This document shows, in pieces, positions 1 to 10,976 of a stretch of DNA of 64,000 bases; the stretch's first letter is position 1; every line of letters starts with the position of its first letter. A program made the translations under genes and the position numbers. Under the pieces are notes generated by a model. That model made no database searches. It was not told where the DNA came from and saw only the letters and a program-made list of their open reading frames with translations. Source of the DNA: Clostridiales bacterium (GTDB taxonomy: Bacteria; Bacillota; Clostridia; Christensenellales; CAG-917); the NCBI GenBank assembly GCA_022009995.1, contig CP091734.1, forward strand, positions 1,089,200-1,153,199, in the 5' to 3' direction.

Positions 1-1
1 A

Positions 2-157
2 ATCGTGGCAACGGGCAGCATCGTTACGAAAGACGTGGACGATTACGTTCTTGTCAGCGGAATTCCCGCAAGGCCGATGAGAAGACGCGCCCTTGAAAGC
101 ACGAATCCCGACGACTACAACCAATATATGATGAAAAACAAACTTTTCCAAAAGTAA
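2..157 (+). CDS. Hexapeptide-repeat (LbH) O-acetyltransferase, C-terminal fragment; the gene starts left of the window
   Basis: Open frame from position 2 to TAA 155-157 reads IVATGSIVTKDVDDYVLVSGIPARPMRRR... This is the typical C-terminal end of maltose/galactoside-type LbH acetyltransferases. A terminator follows. Confidence 0.5.
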   Translation: MVATGSIVTKDVDDYVLVSGIPARPMRRRALESTNPDDYNQYMMKNKLFQK

Positions 158-163
158 CGAAAA

Positions 164-187
164 GCGCAGAGAAGTCTGCGTTTTTTA
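164..187 (+). terminator. Rho-independent terminator
   Basis: Stem GCGCAGA / TCTGCG(T) with loop GAAG, followed by TTTTTT. Confidence 0.7.
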
Positions 188-284
188 TTGAAAACTTTTC
201 AAAAAAACAAATGTTTTCCCGTCAATTTTTTGCAATAATCGCTAATATATAGTATAATATTGTAAATTTACAGGAGATACGAGT

Positions 285-823
285 ATGAATATCTGGCACG
301 ATATCAACGAATCGCGAATCAAAAAAGACGATTTTATCGCTTGCATCGAAATTCCGAAGGGCAGCAAGAACAAGTACGAACTCGACAAGGAAACGGGGCT
401 GCTGATTCTTGACCGCACGCTTTACACCTCGACGCACTATCCCGCAAACTACGGATTTATTCCGCGCACTTTAAGCGACGATAACGATCCGTTGGACGTC
501 CTTGTGATTTGCAGCGAGGTTATTTCGCCGCTCACTCTTGTCAGGTGCTACCCGATCGGCGTAATATCGATGATCGACGACGGCATGGTCGACCATAAGG
601 TGATTGCAATTCCGTTCAAAGATCCGATGTGGAACACTTACGACCATATCGGCGAGTTGCCGCCCCATATTATGGACGAAATGACGCATTTCTGAACGTT
701 TACAAACAGCTTGAATACAAAACGACAACCGTTCTTGAAGTAAAAGAAAGGGATTTCGCCGAAATTGTTATCGAGCAGAATATCAAACAATACCACGAAA
801 AATTTGACAAAAAGGATAAATAA
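285..823 (+). CDS. ppa: Inorganic pyrophosphatase (family I); one apparent frameshift near 692
   Basis: MNIWHDI...IEIPKGSKNKYELDKETG...DPLDVLV is the family I PPase pattern. The last ~43 aa (LNVYKQLEYK...QYHEKF) continue in the frame of ORF 629-823, giving a normal ~179 aa total. Confidence 0.9.
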
Positions 824-826
824 ATT

Positions 827-2213
827 ATGTATGATTGCATAGTTATCGGCGGTGGCGTCGTAGGCACCGCAGTTCTCGACGCGCTTTCGGCAAGGGGCTA
901 CAAAACGCTGCTTATCGAAAAAGAAGACGACGTGGCGTCGGGGGCAAGCCGCGCAAACAGCGGCATAGCGCATGCCGGATACGATTGCGTCCCCGGAACG
1001 CTGAAAGCAAAATTCAACGTCGAAGGCAACAAAATGATGCCGTCGCTCACACGTGACCTTGACGTCCCGTTCAGAAACCGGAAGCCTTGTGCTTGCAGGT
1101 CGCGGTGGCGAAAAAGGTCTTTTGGAACTTTTGGAACGCGCGAAAGCGAACGGCGTCGACGCGCGAATCATCGACCGCGAAGAAATCGACAAAATTCAGG
1201 ACGGAGTAAATCCCGAAATCGTCAGCGCGCTTTACGCAAAGGACGCGGGCATCGTTTCGCCGTATAAGCTCACGATCGCGCTTTGCGACAGGGCAATTCT
1301 GAACGGCGCGGAAGTCCGCCTTGAAGAAATATCGAAAGCATACGCTTTGACAAAAAGTTTATCGTAAAAACCCAAAGCGGCGAATACGAATCGAAATATC
1401 TTGTCAACAGCGCGGGCGGCGGCGCGTCCGATATCAACGCGCTTCTGTCCGACGAAACGTACGAAACCGCTTTCAGAAAAGGTGAATACTTCGTGCTTGA
1501 CAAGACCGAAGGTGCGCGCGTCAAAACCGTACTTTTCCCGCTTCCCGACGAAAACGGCAAAGGTATTCTCGTTGCGCCCACGGCGGACGGCAACGTGATT
1601 TACGGTCCTACGTCCGAAGCGTGCGAAGAAGACGACACGTCGTGCACGGCGAAAGGACTCGATCTTGTGCGACAGGGCGTATCAAAAGTTTTTGCAAACC
1701 CGAATTATCGCGCGGTTATCCGCGAGTATGCGGGCGTTCGCGCGGTGGTCGGCGAAGACTTCATCGTGAAACGCTCCGAAATATCACGACTTCTTTATCC
1801 TTGCGGGAATCTGTTCGCCGGGGCTTACGTCCGCGCCTTCCATCGGCAAATATATTGCGGACGAAATCGAAAAAGAGTATAAGGTCGAAAAACCCGAAAA
1901 CCCCGTGAAAGTCTTGCACCACGACAGGCTTAAAAATCTCACGGCGGAAGAACTTAACGAAAAGGTCAAAAATAATCCGAAATGGGGCAGAATTATCTGC
2001 CGTTGCGAAACCGTGACGGAAGCCGAAATCGTAAACGCGATTCATTCCCCGTTGCCGGCAACAACCGTCGACGCCGTAAAACGTCGCGTGCGCGCGGGTA
2101 TGGGCAGATGTCAGGGCGGATTTTGCGCGCCCCGCGTCATAGATATCCTTTCAAGGGAACTCGGTATCCCCGTAACCAAGGTCAAAAAGGCGGCAAGGGA
2201 TCGGAACTTGTAA
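827..2213 (+). CDS. FAD-dependent glycerol-3-phosphate dehydrogenase-like oxidoreductase with C-terminal BFD-like [2Fe-2S] domain; three apparent frameshifts (~1072, ~1340, ~1783)
   Basis: N-terminal FAD fold [14 protein letters not shown]...[13 protein letters not shown]-terminal motif [11 protein letters not shown]...[10 protein letters not shown]. Four ORF fragments (827, 1053, 1493, 1905) in frames 2/0/2/0 read as one continuous homolog. Confidence 0.8.
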
Positions 2214-2238
2214 AATGCCGTATCAAGGAGGACAACTG

Positions 2239-3472
2239 ATGAAAAATTACGACGTGGTGATTATCGGCGGCGGTCCTGCCGGAATGGCGGCGGCGGTCGA
2301 GGCGAAAAAGAACGGCGCGGAAGTACTGATACTTGAACGCGACAATCGCCTGGGCGGCATACTCAATCAATGCATCCACAACGGCTTCGGTCTTCATTAT
2401 TTCAAGGAAGAACTGACGGGGCCGGAATATGCGGCACGCTTCAAGAAAATGGTGGAAGAATGCGGCGCGGACGTCGTGCTCGAAGCCATGGTGCTGGAAA
2501 TTTCAAAGGATAAATCGGTCACGTTTAAGTCCGAAAACAGGGCTTGAAACGGTGCAGGCGAAAGCAATCGTCCTTGCGATGGGTTGCAGGGAAAGGACTG
2601 CCGGCGCAATCCAGCTGACAGGCACTCGTCCCGCGGGCGTTTATACCGCCGGTATGGCGCAAAGACTTTCCAACGTCGAAGGCTATCTCGTCGGCAAAAA
2701 AGTCGTGATTCTGGGCAGCGGCGACATCGGGCTTATTATGGCGCGCCGTATGACTTTCGAGGGCGCAAAGGTTCTGAAAGTTCTGGAAGTCATGCCGTTC
2801 AGCAGCGGACTTAAACGAAACATCGTGCAGTGCCTGAACGACTACGACATTCCGCTTTTGTTCAATCATACGGTAACTCGCCTTGTCGGCAAGAACAGAC
2901 TGGAAGGCTTGTATTATGCCGAGGTCGACGAAAACCGCCGCGTGAAACCCGAGACCGAACAGTTTATCGAGTGCGACACGCTTTTACTCTCCGTAGGGCT
3001 TATCCCCGAAAACGACCTTGTGAAAGAACTGCCCATCGAGATGAGCACGGTAACGTCGGGCGCGGTCGTCGACGAATATCGCCAGACGACGCTTTCGGGC
3101 GTATTCAGCGCGGGTAACGTTCTGCACGTGCACGACCTTGTCGACAACGTTTCGGCGGAAGGCATTATTGCCGGCAGAAGTGCGGCTTTATATGCACAAA
3201 ACAAGCTTGTAAACGGCGAAAGCGTGCAGGTTAAAGCAATCGACGGCGTGAGATACGTACTTCCGTCAAGGGTGTATAAGGGCGATGGTTTCGTCACGAT
3301 TTACTTCCGCGTCGGCGCAGAATACAGAAACGTCTTCCTTGAAGTTTTAAGCGGCGATACCGTCGTCGTGTCCAAAAAATGCCAGATTCTCGCACCCGGC
3401 GAAATGGGTACGGTTATGGTCGATAAATCCAAAATTTGCGGCGATATTACCGTAAGAGTGAGGCGCGTATGA
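2239..3472 (+). CDS. NAD(P)/FAD-dependent pyridine nucleotide-disulfide oxidoreductase, second subunit of the G3P dehydrogenase-like cluster; frameshift ~2540
   Basis: RBS AAGGAGG at 2225-2231. Motifs [16 protein letters not shown] plus a second Rossmann motif [16 protein letters not shown]. ORFs 2215-2547 and 2429-3472 join. Confidence 0.8.
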
Positions 3473-3810
3473 AAACAATTTGCATAATGTGTCCGATGGG
3501 CTGCCCGTTGGATATCAATAAGGTCGGCGACAAAATCGTCGTTACGGGAAACACCTGCAAACGCGGCGAAATCTATGGCACGCAGGAATTCACCGCGCCG
3601 AAACGCGTCGTTACAAGCCTTGTCAGGCTGACTTCGGGCGGCGTTGTTTCCGTCAAAACCGACGGGCTTGTGCTGAAAACGCTTATCCCCGAAGTGCTTT
3701 CGGAAATCGGAAAGCTCAGGTTGTCCGCACCGCTGAAAATCGGCGACGTCGCAAAAGAAAACGTCGCGGGCAGCGGCGTGAACCTTGTCGTTACCGAAGA
3801 TATTAAATAA
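3469..3810 (+). CDS. DUF1667-type small Cys-rich protein, third gene of the cluster
   Basis: [14 protein letters not shown]...VTGNTCKRGEIYG. ATGA start/stop overlap with the upstream gene. This conserved trio is known from Thermotoga and Clostridia G3P dehydrogenase-like loci. Confidence 0.7.
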   Translation: MKTICIMCPMGCPLDINKVGDKIVVTGNTCKRGEIYGTQEFTAPKRVVTSLVRLTSGGVVSVKTDGLVLKTLIPEVLSEIGKLRLSAPLKIGDVAKENVAGSGVNLVVTEDIK

Positions 3811-3816
3811 AAGAAA

Positions 3817-5310
3817 ATGAAACGTCTTGTCAACAAAAGACCGATATGTTTTGCCGCGCTTTTTATGGGAATCGGGATTTTTTTGACGGGAATGTATGAA
3901 GACGCCGTGTGGGCAAGGGTTTTATTCCTTGCGGCGGCGTTGATTTTTGCGGGCTTCGTCTTGATTTTCAAAAAGGCGAGGCTTTTGTATATCCCGATAT
4001 TTTTCGTGCTGGGCGTATTACTGCTTTCGGGCGTCATCGACGTTTATAAAAGCACGGCGGTAACTTCCGAAAAGGCGGAAATCACGGGGACGATATCGAC
4101 GGAGATTGCGTCCAAAAACGAGCATTCGTATTATTTCAAAATCGACAACGTAACGATCGACGGGGAAGAAACGGGAAAACAGGCGTTTGTCGTTTCTGGC
4201 TTTTTGCCAAACGCGCGTGCGGGCGATAAGGTAAAAATCGTCGGCGACGTCAGCACTTATGATATGGGTTTCCGCGATTTTACGAGTTACGGCGCGCGAG
4301 GCACGAAATTTTACGTTAAGTCAATGAAAATCGAAAACGTCGGGCAGGGCGTTTTGTCATTCGACAAGCGCGTGCTGATAAAATACAAGCGACTTTTGTA
4401 CGACAACTGCGACGATATGACGTCGGACACCGCGCTTGCGCTTTTGTTCGGCGACAGGTTTGCGATTGACAGTCAGTATTCGCACAACGTCAAAGACGCC
4501 GGCATTTACATATTTTCGCCGTGTCCGGTCTGCACGTCGGTATGCTTGCCGCGGTGACGGCGTTCCTTGCGCGAAAGTTAAAAAAGAAAAAGGCGTTGTA
4601 CATCCTTATCGTGGAAATACCGCTCATCCTATACGGGTGGATTTGCGGGTTCGGCGCAAGCGTTTTGCGCGCAATCGTAATGTCGACGGTATTCATCGTG
4701 TCGGGGCTTACGGGGCGTCAGCGCGACAGCCTGAACTCGTTGTCGCTTGCCGCAATTATTGTCCTTATACTGAACCCGACCGATATGTTCACAAAAGGTT
4801 TCCATTTAAGTTTTGCCGCGCTTTTGGGGCTTATCGTCATTGTGCCGCGGCTCACGCGAAAGGAACTTTCCGGCGCAAAGAAGAAGGTCAGGGATATATG
4901 CGCGACAAGCGTCGGCGTAAACGTTATGCTGTTGCCGTTTATGGTCGGATTTTTCGGCGAGGTGCAAACGCTGTTTGTTATTTCCAACCTTATCATATTG
5001 CCGATTCTGCCGTTTATCTATACAATTTCGCTGGTAATAAGCCTGTTTGTGATGATATTGCCGTCGTGCGCCGTGATTCTCAACGCGCTTTCGGTGGTGC
5101 TGTTCCCGATAAGATTCGTGGCGCAGGCAATCGGTTCGCTTCCGATATCGAGCTTCCCCGTTCAGGCAGTCGATATGTTCGGTCTTGCATATCTTCTGAC
5201 GATATTCATTATGTCCCGATACGTGTTTGCCGCGCATAAAAAAGATGGCGTTGTCGCTTGTCGTATGCGCCGTGTGCGTTGCGATGATACCCGTAATCCC
5301 TTTACTTTGA
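3817..5310 (+). CDS. comEC: ComEC/Rec2-family DNA internalisation channel, no beta-lactamase domain; frameshift ~4507, C-terminus uncertain
   Basis: N-terminal TM segments, then GDKVKIVG, an OB-like part. The HIFAVSGLHVGML motif is split between ORFs 3817-4557 and 4521-5339. A possible second shift at the A-run ~5238 would give a hydrophobic tail ending TGA 5308-5310; as sequenced the frame ends at 5339. Confidence 0.75.
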
Positions 5311-5335
5311 TTAAAAATAATGGTATATTGAATTT

Positions 5336-6331
5336 ATGATTAACGTTTCGGATCTTAAAAAAAGATTGTCCGTCGAGATTTTGCCCGTGTACTTTCTGAA
5401 AGGGCAGGACGCTTACGTCAAAGAACTTGCGATCGGTGTTTTGAAAGGGCTTCTCGACAAGGATTTTTCGGATATGAACCTCACCGTCTTTGAGGATTCG
5501 TCGGATATGGAGGCAGTCGTGCAAACGCTCAATACCGTGCCCGTTTTCGACGAAAGACGGCTTGTCGTCGTGAAGTCGTCGGAAGGGCTTGACGACGCAG
5601 GACGTGCCAAACTTGAAGCGTATCTCAACAATCCGTCGGGGTTTTCCGTGCTTGCGTTTTCGGACGACGCGATCGCGCGCGACGATTTTTCCAAGAAAGC
5701 GAGCCCCGTTTTTAAGTTGTACGGAAAAGGCGAGGTCGTCGACGTCAGCGGCGCGGACGAAATGCAATATCCCCGCATTGTCGAAAACGAAGTCGGCAAA
5801 AGAAACTGCACGATCGAAAACGCGGCGATAAGCCTGCTTTCGACGTACACCGCCCGCGATATGACAAGAACGATGAACGAAGTCAATAAACTTTGCGCCT
5901 TTAAAGACGGCGGAAAAATCACGAAAGACGATGTGGAAAACCTTGTCGCTGCCGATACCGAATACAAGACGTACACGCTTGCCGACGCATTGTCGCGCGG
6001 CGATAACGACAGGGCTTTGGACGTTCTGAAAACGCTTTTGTCCGACGGCGAAAGCCCGTCGTCGATACTTGCGTCGATGACGGCGCAGTACAGGAGAATG
6101 TTTGAGGCAAGAATAAGCAGTCTTTCGCAGGACGACCTTGCAAAGGCTCTTTCGGTGCGCCCCGGCGCGATAAGCATCGCAAAAAACGTCGCCGCAAGGT
6201 ACACGCCGATGGAACTTAAAAAGTACGTCGATACCTTGCACAACCTTGAATACGCCTTTAAGTCGGGCGAAAAGGAAGAAGCGCAGGTGTTGTACGAGGC
6301 ATTTGCCGTTCTTCTCAAAAAGCGCACTTAA
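5336..6331 (+). CDS. holA: DNA polymerase III delta subunit
   Basis: 331 aa intact ORF directly downstream of comEC, the conserved Bacillota comEC-holA order. Size and helical C-terminal half fit HolA. Motif-level evidence only. Confidence 0.7.
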   Translation: MINVSDLKKRLSVEILPVYFLKGQDAYVKELAIGVLKGLLDKDFSDMNLTVFEDSSDMEAVVQTLNTVPVFDERRLVVVKSSEGLDDAGRAKLEAYLNNPSGFSVLAFSDDAIARDDFSKKASPVFKLYGKGEVVDVSGADEMQYPRIVENEVGKRNCTIENAAISLLSTYTARDMTRTMNEVNKLCAFKDGGKITKDDVENLVAADTEYKTYTLADALSRGDNDRALDVLKTLLSDGESPSSILASMTAQYRRMFEARISSLSQDDLAKALSVRPGAISIAKNVAARYTPMELKKYVDTLHNLEYAFKSGEKEEAQVLYEAFAVLLKKRT

Positions 6332-6370
6332 CGCACAAGATTTCAATGCTTAAACAACTGTATTTGTCAG

Positions 6371-6398
6371 GATACCGCCAAATCGGCGGTATTTTTTT
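6371..6398 (+). terminator. Rho-independent terminator after holA
   Basis: ATACCGCC / GGCGGTAT stem followed by TTTTTTT. Confidence 0.75.
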
Positions 6399-6530
6399 GC
6401 AGTGAAACACTGCGCCTGAGTTATAAATTTTGCAAAACAAAATATAGACAATTTGTTGTATATTTATAAATTATATGATATACTATCCTATATTTATTGA
6501 AATCGAATACATTTTCATAGAGGGAATCTC

Positions 6531-7397
6531 ATGGATAAGATTTACGCTTATTTCAAAAACATAAGTTTACTTGCAATCGTTGACATCGCGACGTGCCTCT
6601 TTTTGCTGGTGCTTGCGTTTATGTTCTTTTACCATAAGCGCAGTTTACGCGTGTTTTTGACGCTCATAGGCGCGATTGTTGCAAAAGTAATCATCGACGC
6701 GCTGGGCGTATTCCTCGGTAACAACGCGTTTGCGCTTTGCAGCGAAGTGCTCAGGTATTTCTTATTGTTCCTGCTTGTTGCGGTTGTCGTCGTGTACCAG
6801 TCGGATCTCAGAAGTATTTTCCAGCGCATCGCAACGCCGCACGGCATCGACTTGTTCCAGGAAGGTTTCGGCTCCGACGACGATCTGCACGCCGCCACGG
6901 ACGAACTTTTGTCGGCACTTCAAACGATGGCGAAACAAAACACGGGCGCAATCATTATCATCACCCCGACCACTATGGACAGCAATATTCTGGAAACGGG
7001 TACGGAACTTAACGCTAAAATTTCCGCGCCCCTTCTCGTCAGCATATTCAACACGAAAGCGCCCTTGCACGACGGCGCGGTTATCGTGAAAGGTAACAAG
7101 ATTCTGTCGGCGGGTTGTTTCCTGCCTCTTACGCAGGAAGCGGGTGTCGCAAAAGAACTCGGCACGCGTCATCGTGCCGCGCTCGGCATCACGGAAGAAA
7201 GTAACGTTATGGCAATCGTCGTGTCGGAAGAAACGGGTATCATTTCCGTTGCGAAGGGCGGACAGCTGCAACGTTACATGACCATCGACAAACTGAAAGA
7301 AAAGATCGAGACGATTTACGCAATATCTCCGCTTGCAATCGAGGCCAAAGCCGACGTTGCGGATAAAAAGAAAAGGAAAAGGTTTTTTAACAAGTGA
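6531..7397 (+). CDS. cdaA: Diadenylate cyclase CdaA (membrane-anchored DAC domain)
   Basis: Three N-terminal TM helices, then DAC motifs PLHDGAVIV and GTRHRAALGITEESN. Confidence 0.9.
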   Translation: MDKIYAYFKNISLLAIVDIATCLFLLVLAFMFFYHKRSLRVFLTLIGAIVAKVIIDALGVFLGNNAFALCSEVLRYFLLFLLVAVVVVYQSDLRSIFQRIATPHGIDLFQEGFGSDDDLHAATDELLSALQTMAKQNTGAIIIITPTTMDSNILETGTELNAKISAPLLVSIFNTKAPLHDGAVIVKGNKILSAGCFLPLTQEAGVAKELGTRHRAALGITEESNVMAIVVSEETGIISVAKGGQLQRYMTIDKLKEKIETIYAISPLAIEAKADVADKKKRKRFFNK

Positions 7398-8620
7398 AAA
7401 CGGTAAAAGTCGAAAATATATTGTTGCCGAAAGACGGCGTCGATTTTGAAAAATGGGCGGTCGTCGCCTGCGATCAATTCACGTCGCAGCCCGAATACTG
7501 GGAGAAACTCGCCGCATACGTCGGGGCGGCTCCCAGCACGCTCAATTTGATTTTCCCCGAAGTTTATCTTTCGGACAACCGCGAAAACCGCATTAAGAAA
7601 ATAAACGAAAATATGTATAAGTACCTGGACGAAAACGTCTTTAAGGAAATCAAAGACAGTTTCGTGCTGGTGGAAAGGGATACTCCGTACGAAAAGGGCA
7701 GGCTCGGTCTTATGATGGCGGTCGACCTTGAAGAATACGACTACACCCCGTTTGCGCCCGTGGCAATCCGCGCGACGGAAGGCACCGTTCTGGAACGTAT
7801 TCCGCCCCGCGTCGAGATTCGTCGGCACGCCCCGCTGGAACTCCCGCATATTATGTTATTGATCGACGACAGGGAACACACGGTGATCGAGCCGCTTTAC
7901 GAAAACCGTGAAAAGCTGGAACTTTTGTACGACACAAACCTTAATATGAACGGCGGACACGTCAGGGGTTGGCGCGTTCCCGATACCGCCGCCGTGCTTG
8001 AAACTTTACGCGCTCACGTCGGACGAAGTACAAATCAAAAACTACGGCAAGGTTACCAACTTCCTGTTTGCCGTCGGTGACGGAAACCACTCGCTCGCAA
8101 CCGCCAAAGCGCACTGGAATGAGGTGAAAGTCGGGCTTTCGGACAAGGACAAAGAAACGCACCCCGCGCGTTACGCGCTTGTCGAGGTTGAAAACCTTAT
8201 GAGCCCCGCGCTCAAATTCGAGCCTATTCACCGCGTTGTGTTCGGCGCGGACGAAAGTTTTGTGAAAGAACTGTCGGCAAAGACCGCGGGCGGACGTAAA
8301 ATCAAGGCGTTCACGAAAGACAAATCGTTCACGCTTTCCGCACCCGACGACAGTATCGACGCAATCAAGGAAATTCAGGACTTCATCGACGAATACGTGA
8401 AATCGCACGAGGGCGTCGAAGTCGACTACATACACGGCGAAAACTATCTCGAAGACGTCGTGAAAGAACGCGGCGGCGTCGGCATAATCATGCCCGCCCC
8501 CGAAAAACAAATCTCTTCGACTTCATCATAAGACGCGGCATTATGCCAAGGAAGTCTTTCTCGATGGGCGAGGCGGAAGAAAAACGGTATTATTTCGAGG
8601 CAAAGAAAATCAAAAGGTAG
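7394..8620 (+). CDS. DUF1015 family protein; two apparent frameshifts (~7998, ~8505 in an A-run)
   Basis: ORFs 7394-8080 and 7998-8531 read continuously (..GDGNHSLATAKAHW..). The C-terminal tail ..NLFDFIIRRGIMPRKSFSMGEAEEKRYYFEAKKIKR lies in a third frame and ends TAG 8618-8620. Confidence 0.7.
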
Positions 8621-8626
8621 GTATTT

Positions 8627-9949
8627 ATGAAGGATATAAAAGTTTGCAAGTTCGGGGGAACGTCAATGGCAACGAGGGAAAGCATAAACCGCGTCATCGA
8701 CATAGTTTCCGCCGATGACAGACGCAAATTTGTCATTGTATCCGCGCCCGGCAAAAGGAATAAAAGCGATATAAAGGTCACCGACCAGCTTTATAGAATC
8801 GTCGAAGAACAAAAAACTACCGGCAATTTCAAAGAATCTTTCGACGCGCTCAAAGAGCGTTTCGTGTCCCTTACCAAGGAACTCGGCGTCGATTTTGACA
8901 TTATTTCGGAACTTGACAATCTGGAAAAGGCAATCGCAAACGGCGCGACGGCAAGTTACGCTGCCTCCCGCGGAGAGTACCTTTCGGCAAAACTTCTTTC
9001 GGCAAAAACGGGATGGACGTTTATCGACGCAAAAGATATCGTGCGCTTCAACGACTGCGGAGTGTTCGATCCCGAATACACCAACGACACGGCGAAAGCG
9101 CTTTTGCAGAACGTCAAAGGCAGGGTGGTTATCCCCGGATTCTACGGCGCAAGCGACGGCGGCGATATTTTCACGTTTTCAAGGGGCGGCTCGGACATCA
9201 CGGGCGCAATCGTCGCGCGCGCGACCGACGCAATCGTATACGAAAACTGGACGGACGTCGACGGCTTTCTCACCGCCGATCCGAACATTGTCGAAAATCC
9301 CAAACAAATCAACGTGCTTACGTATGCAGAACTGCGCGAACTTTCCTATATGGGCGCGAACGTTTTGCATCCGGAATCGACTTTCCCGCTTCGTTTTACG
9401 AAAGCGCCGATTAACATTCGCAATACTTTCCACCCCGACCACGACGGCACGATGATCGTGTCGGCATACGACTCTACGCATGAAAGGCGCATCGTTACGG
9501 GCATTGCCGGACACAAAGGCTTCACGTCGATCAACATCACAAAGTCGATGATGAACAGCGAACTGGGTTTTGGCAGGCGCGTATTGTCGGTGCTCGAATA
9601 CGCGGGCGTTCGTTTTGAACATATCCCGTCGGGAATCGACACGCTGTCCGTATTCGTTGCGGACAATGAGATTGTCGGAAAAATGGAAAAAATTATTTCA
9701 AGAATCCGCGAGGCTGTTAACCCCGATACGATTGAAATCCACAGCGGAATGTCGCTGATTGCAACCGTCGGTCAGGGAATGAGCGACCGCACCGGTACCG
9801 CCGCAAGGCTGTTCACCGCGCTTGCAAAGTCGGGCGTGAATATCCGTATGATCGATCAGGGCAGCAGCGAAATCAACATAATCGTCGGTGTGGAGTCGTC
9901 GGACTACGAAAGGGCGATTAACGCGATTTACGAGGAGTTTTTTAACTGA
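8627..9949 (+). CDS. lysC: Aspartate kinase
   Basis: VCKFGGTSMA...VIVSAPG kinase N-terminus, with ACT-like C-terminal region. 440 aa intact ORF. Confidence 0.9.
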   Translation: MKDIKVCKFGGTSMATRESINRVIDIVSADDRRKFVIVSAPGKRNKSDIKVTDQLYRIVEEQKTTGNFKESFDALKERFVSLTKELGVDFDIISELDNLEKAIANGATASYAASRGEYLSAKLLSAKTGWTFIDAKDIVRFNDCGVFDPEYTNDTAKALLQNVKGRVVIPGFYGASDGGDIFTFSRGGSDITGAIVARATDAIVYENWTDVDGFLTADPNIVENPKQINVLTYAELRELSYMGANVLHPESTFPLRFTKAPINIRNTFHPDHDGTMIVSAYDSTHERRIVTGIAGHKGFTSINITKSMMNSELGFGRRVLSVLEYAGVRFEHIPSGIDTLSVFVADNEIVGKMEKIISRIREAVNPDTIEIHSGMSLIATVGQGMSDRTGTAARLFTALAKSGVNIRMIDQGSSEINIIVGVESSDYERAINAIYEEFFN

Positions 9950-9951
9950 AA

Positions 9952-10905
9952 TTACAAAATAAGATTTATCGAATTCGGCGTGATTTTCGCGTCGAATTTT
10001 TTATTATCGAAAAGTTCCCCGTCAATGTCGATAAGGGGTTGATTCGTTTCGATAACGACGTGTTTTCCCGAAAAATGTTTTACGATTTTTCCGTCGATGA
10101 AGCCTTTCCCCGACGGCAGTTTTGAAAGTGCGATAAGGGTTGAAACGGGGTTGCGTTTTTCAACGACGATGACGTCCAAAAGTCCGTCGTCGATTTTTGC
10201 GGGGGAGCAAAAATGCATGCCGCCGGCAAGCACCGCGCCGTTCAGAACGGCGGCGACAATGCCCGTCGTTTTAATTTCATTCCCGTCGATATTTATGCAA
10301 AAATCATACTTTATACCCTTAAAAATGCACAATAAAATCTTTTTAAGGTAACTTGACGAAGTTTTCTTTTTTGACGCGTTGACCATGTTCACAACGTCCA
10401 CGTCGATGCCGCGACATGCAAAACAAATCTCGTAAGTGTCGTCGATTTCGATGGCGTCGACGGGTTTTACAGAGCCCGACAAAATTCGGTTTGTCGCCTC
10501 TTCCAAAGACAGCGGAAGGTTTGCCGAGCGCATAAAATCGTTGCCCGTTCCGGCAGGAATGAGAGCAAGGCGGGTAACGAACGGTTTGCCTTGTTTTTCA
10601 AGCTCGCGTCTTGCAAGGATAATGCCGTTTACAATCTCGTGTATGGTGCCGTCGCCGCCGACGGACACTATTGTTTCCGCACCCGACAAAGTAAGATTAT
10701 ACGCAATCTCGGTCGCGTGTTTTTTGCGCGCGGTATAATGCGGCGCAAACTTTACGTTGTTTGCGTCAAGGGTTTCAAATACTTTTTTCGCGTCGGTTTT
10801 TGCGCGGCCGCGCCCCGCATACGGATTTACGATAAGGTCAAGCATTTTAAGTTCCGTAAAATATAATGATTTAAGTATATCATTGTCCAAAATATTTTGC
10901 AACAT
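9952..10905 (-). CDS. Diacylglycerol/lipid kinase family protein (YegS/DagK-like)
   Basis: LIVNPYAGRGRA and VSVGGDGTIHEIVNG motifs. An alternative start at 10845 (MLDLIVNPYAG) is possible. Confidence 0.85.
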   Translation of the reverse strand: MLQNILDNDILKSLYFTELKMLDLIVNPYAGRGRAKTDAKKVFETLDANNVKFAPHYTARKKHATEIAYNLTLSGAETIVSVGGDGTIHEIVNGIILARRELEKQGKPFVTRLALIPAGTGNDFMRSANLPLSLEEATNRILSGSVKPVDAIEIDDTYEICFACRGIDVDVVNMVNASKKKTSSSYLKKILLCIFKGIKYDFCINIDGNEIKTTGIVAAVLNGAVLAGGMHFCSPAKIDDGLLDVIVVEKRNPVSTLIALSKLPSGKGFIDGKIVKHFSGKHVVIETNQPLIDIDGELFDNKKFDAKITPNSINLIL

Positions 10906-10976
10906 TAAAAAACCTTGAAATTTCGGGGCGGCTGTGTTATACTGTTTACATAATAGGAAATTATCGGGTTTAGGAT

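Noticed and set aside
5162-6346. 394-aa ORF on the minus strand, antisense to holA. Similar long antisense ORFs occur at 13754-15064 (opposite pckG), 42610-43608 (opposite addB/addA), 24166-24876 and 56600-57460.
   Set aside because: They lie fully inside strongly supported genes on the other strand. They have Arg/Lys/Phe-rich, low-complexity translations with no motifs and no RBS. They are shadow ORFs of the kind expected opposite the coding strand in moderately GC-rich DNA.
8543-8620. Apparent stand-alone mini-ORF MPRKSFSMGEAEEKRYYFEAKKIKR between the DUF1015 gene and aspartate kinase
   Set aside because: Upstream in the same frame it continues as ..NLFDFIIRRGI.., which matches the DUF1015 C-terminus. 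It is the frameshifted tail of that gene, not a separate peptide.
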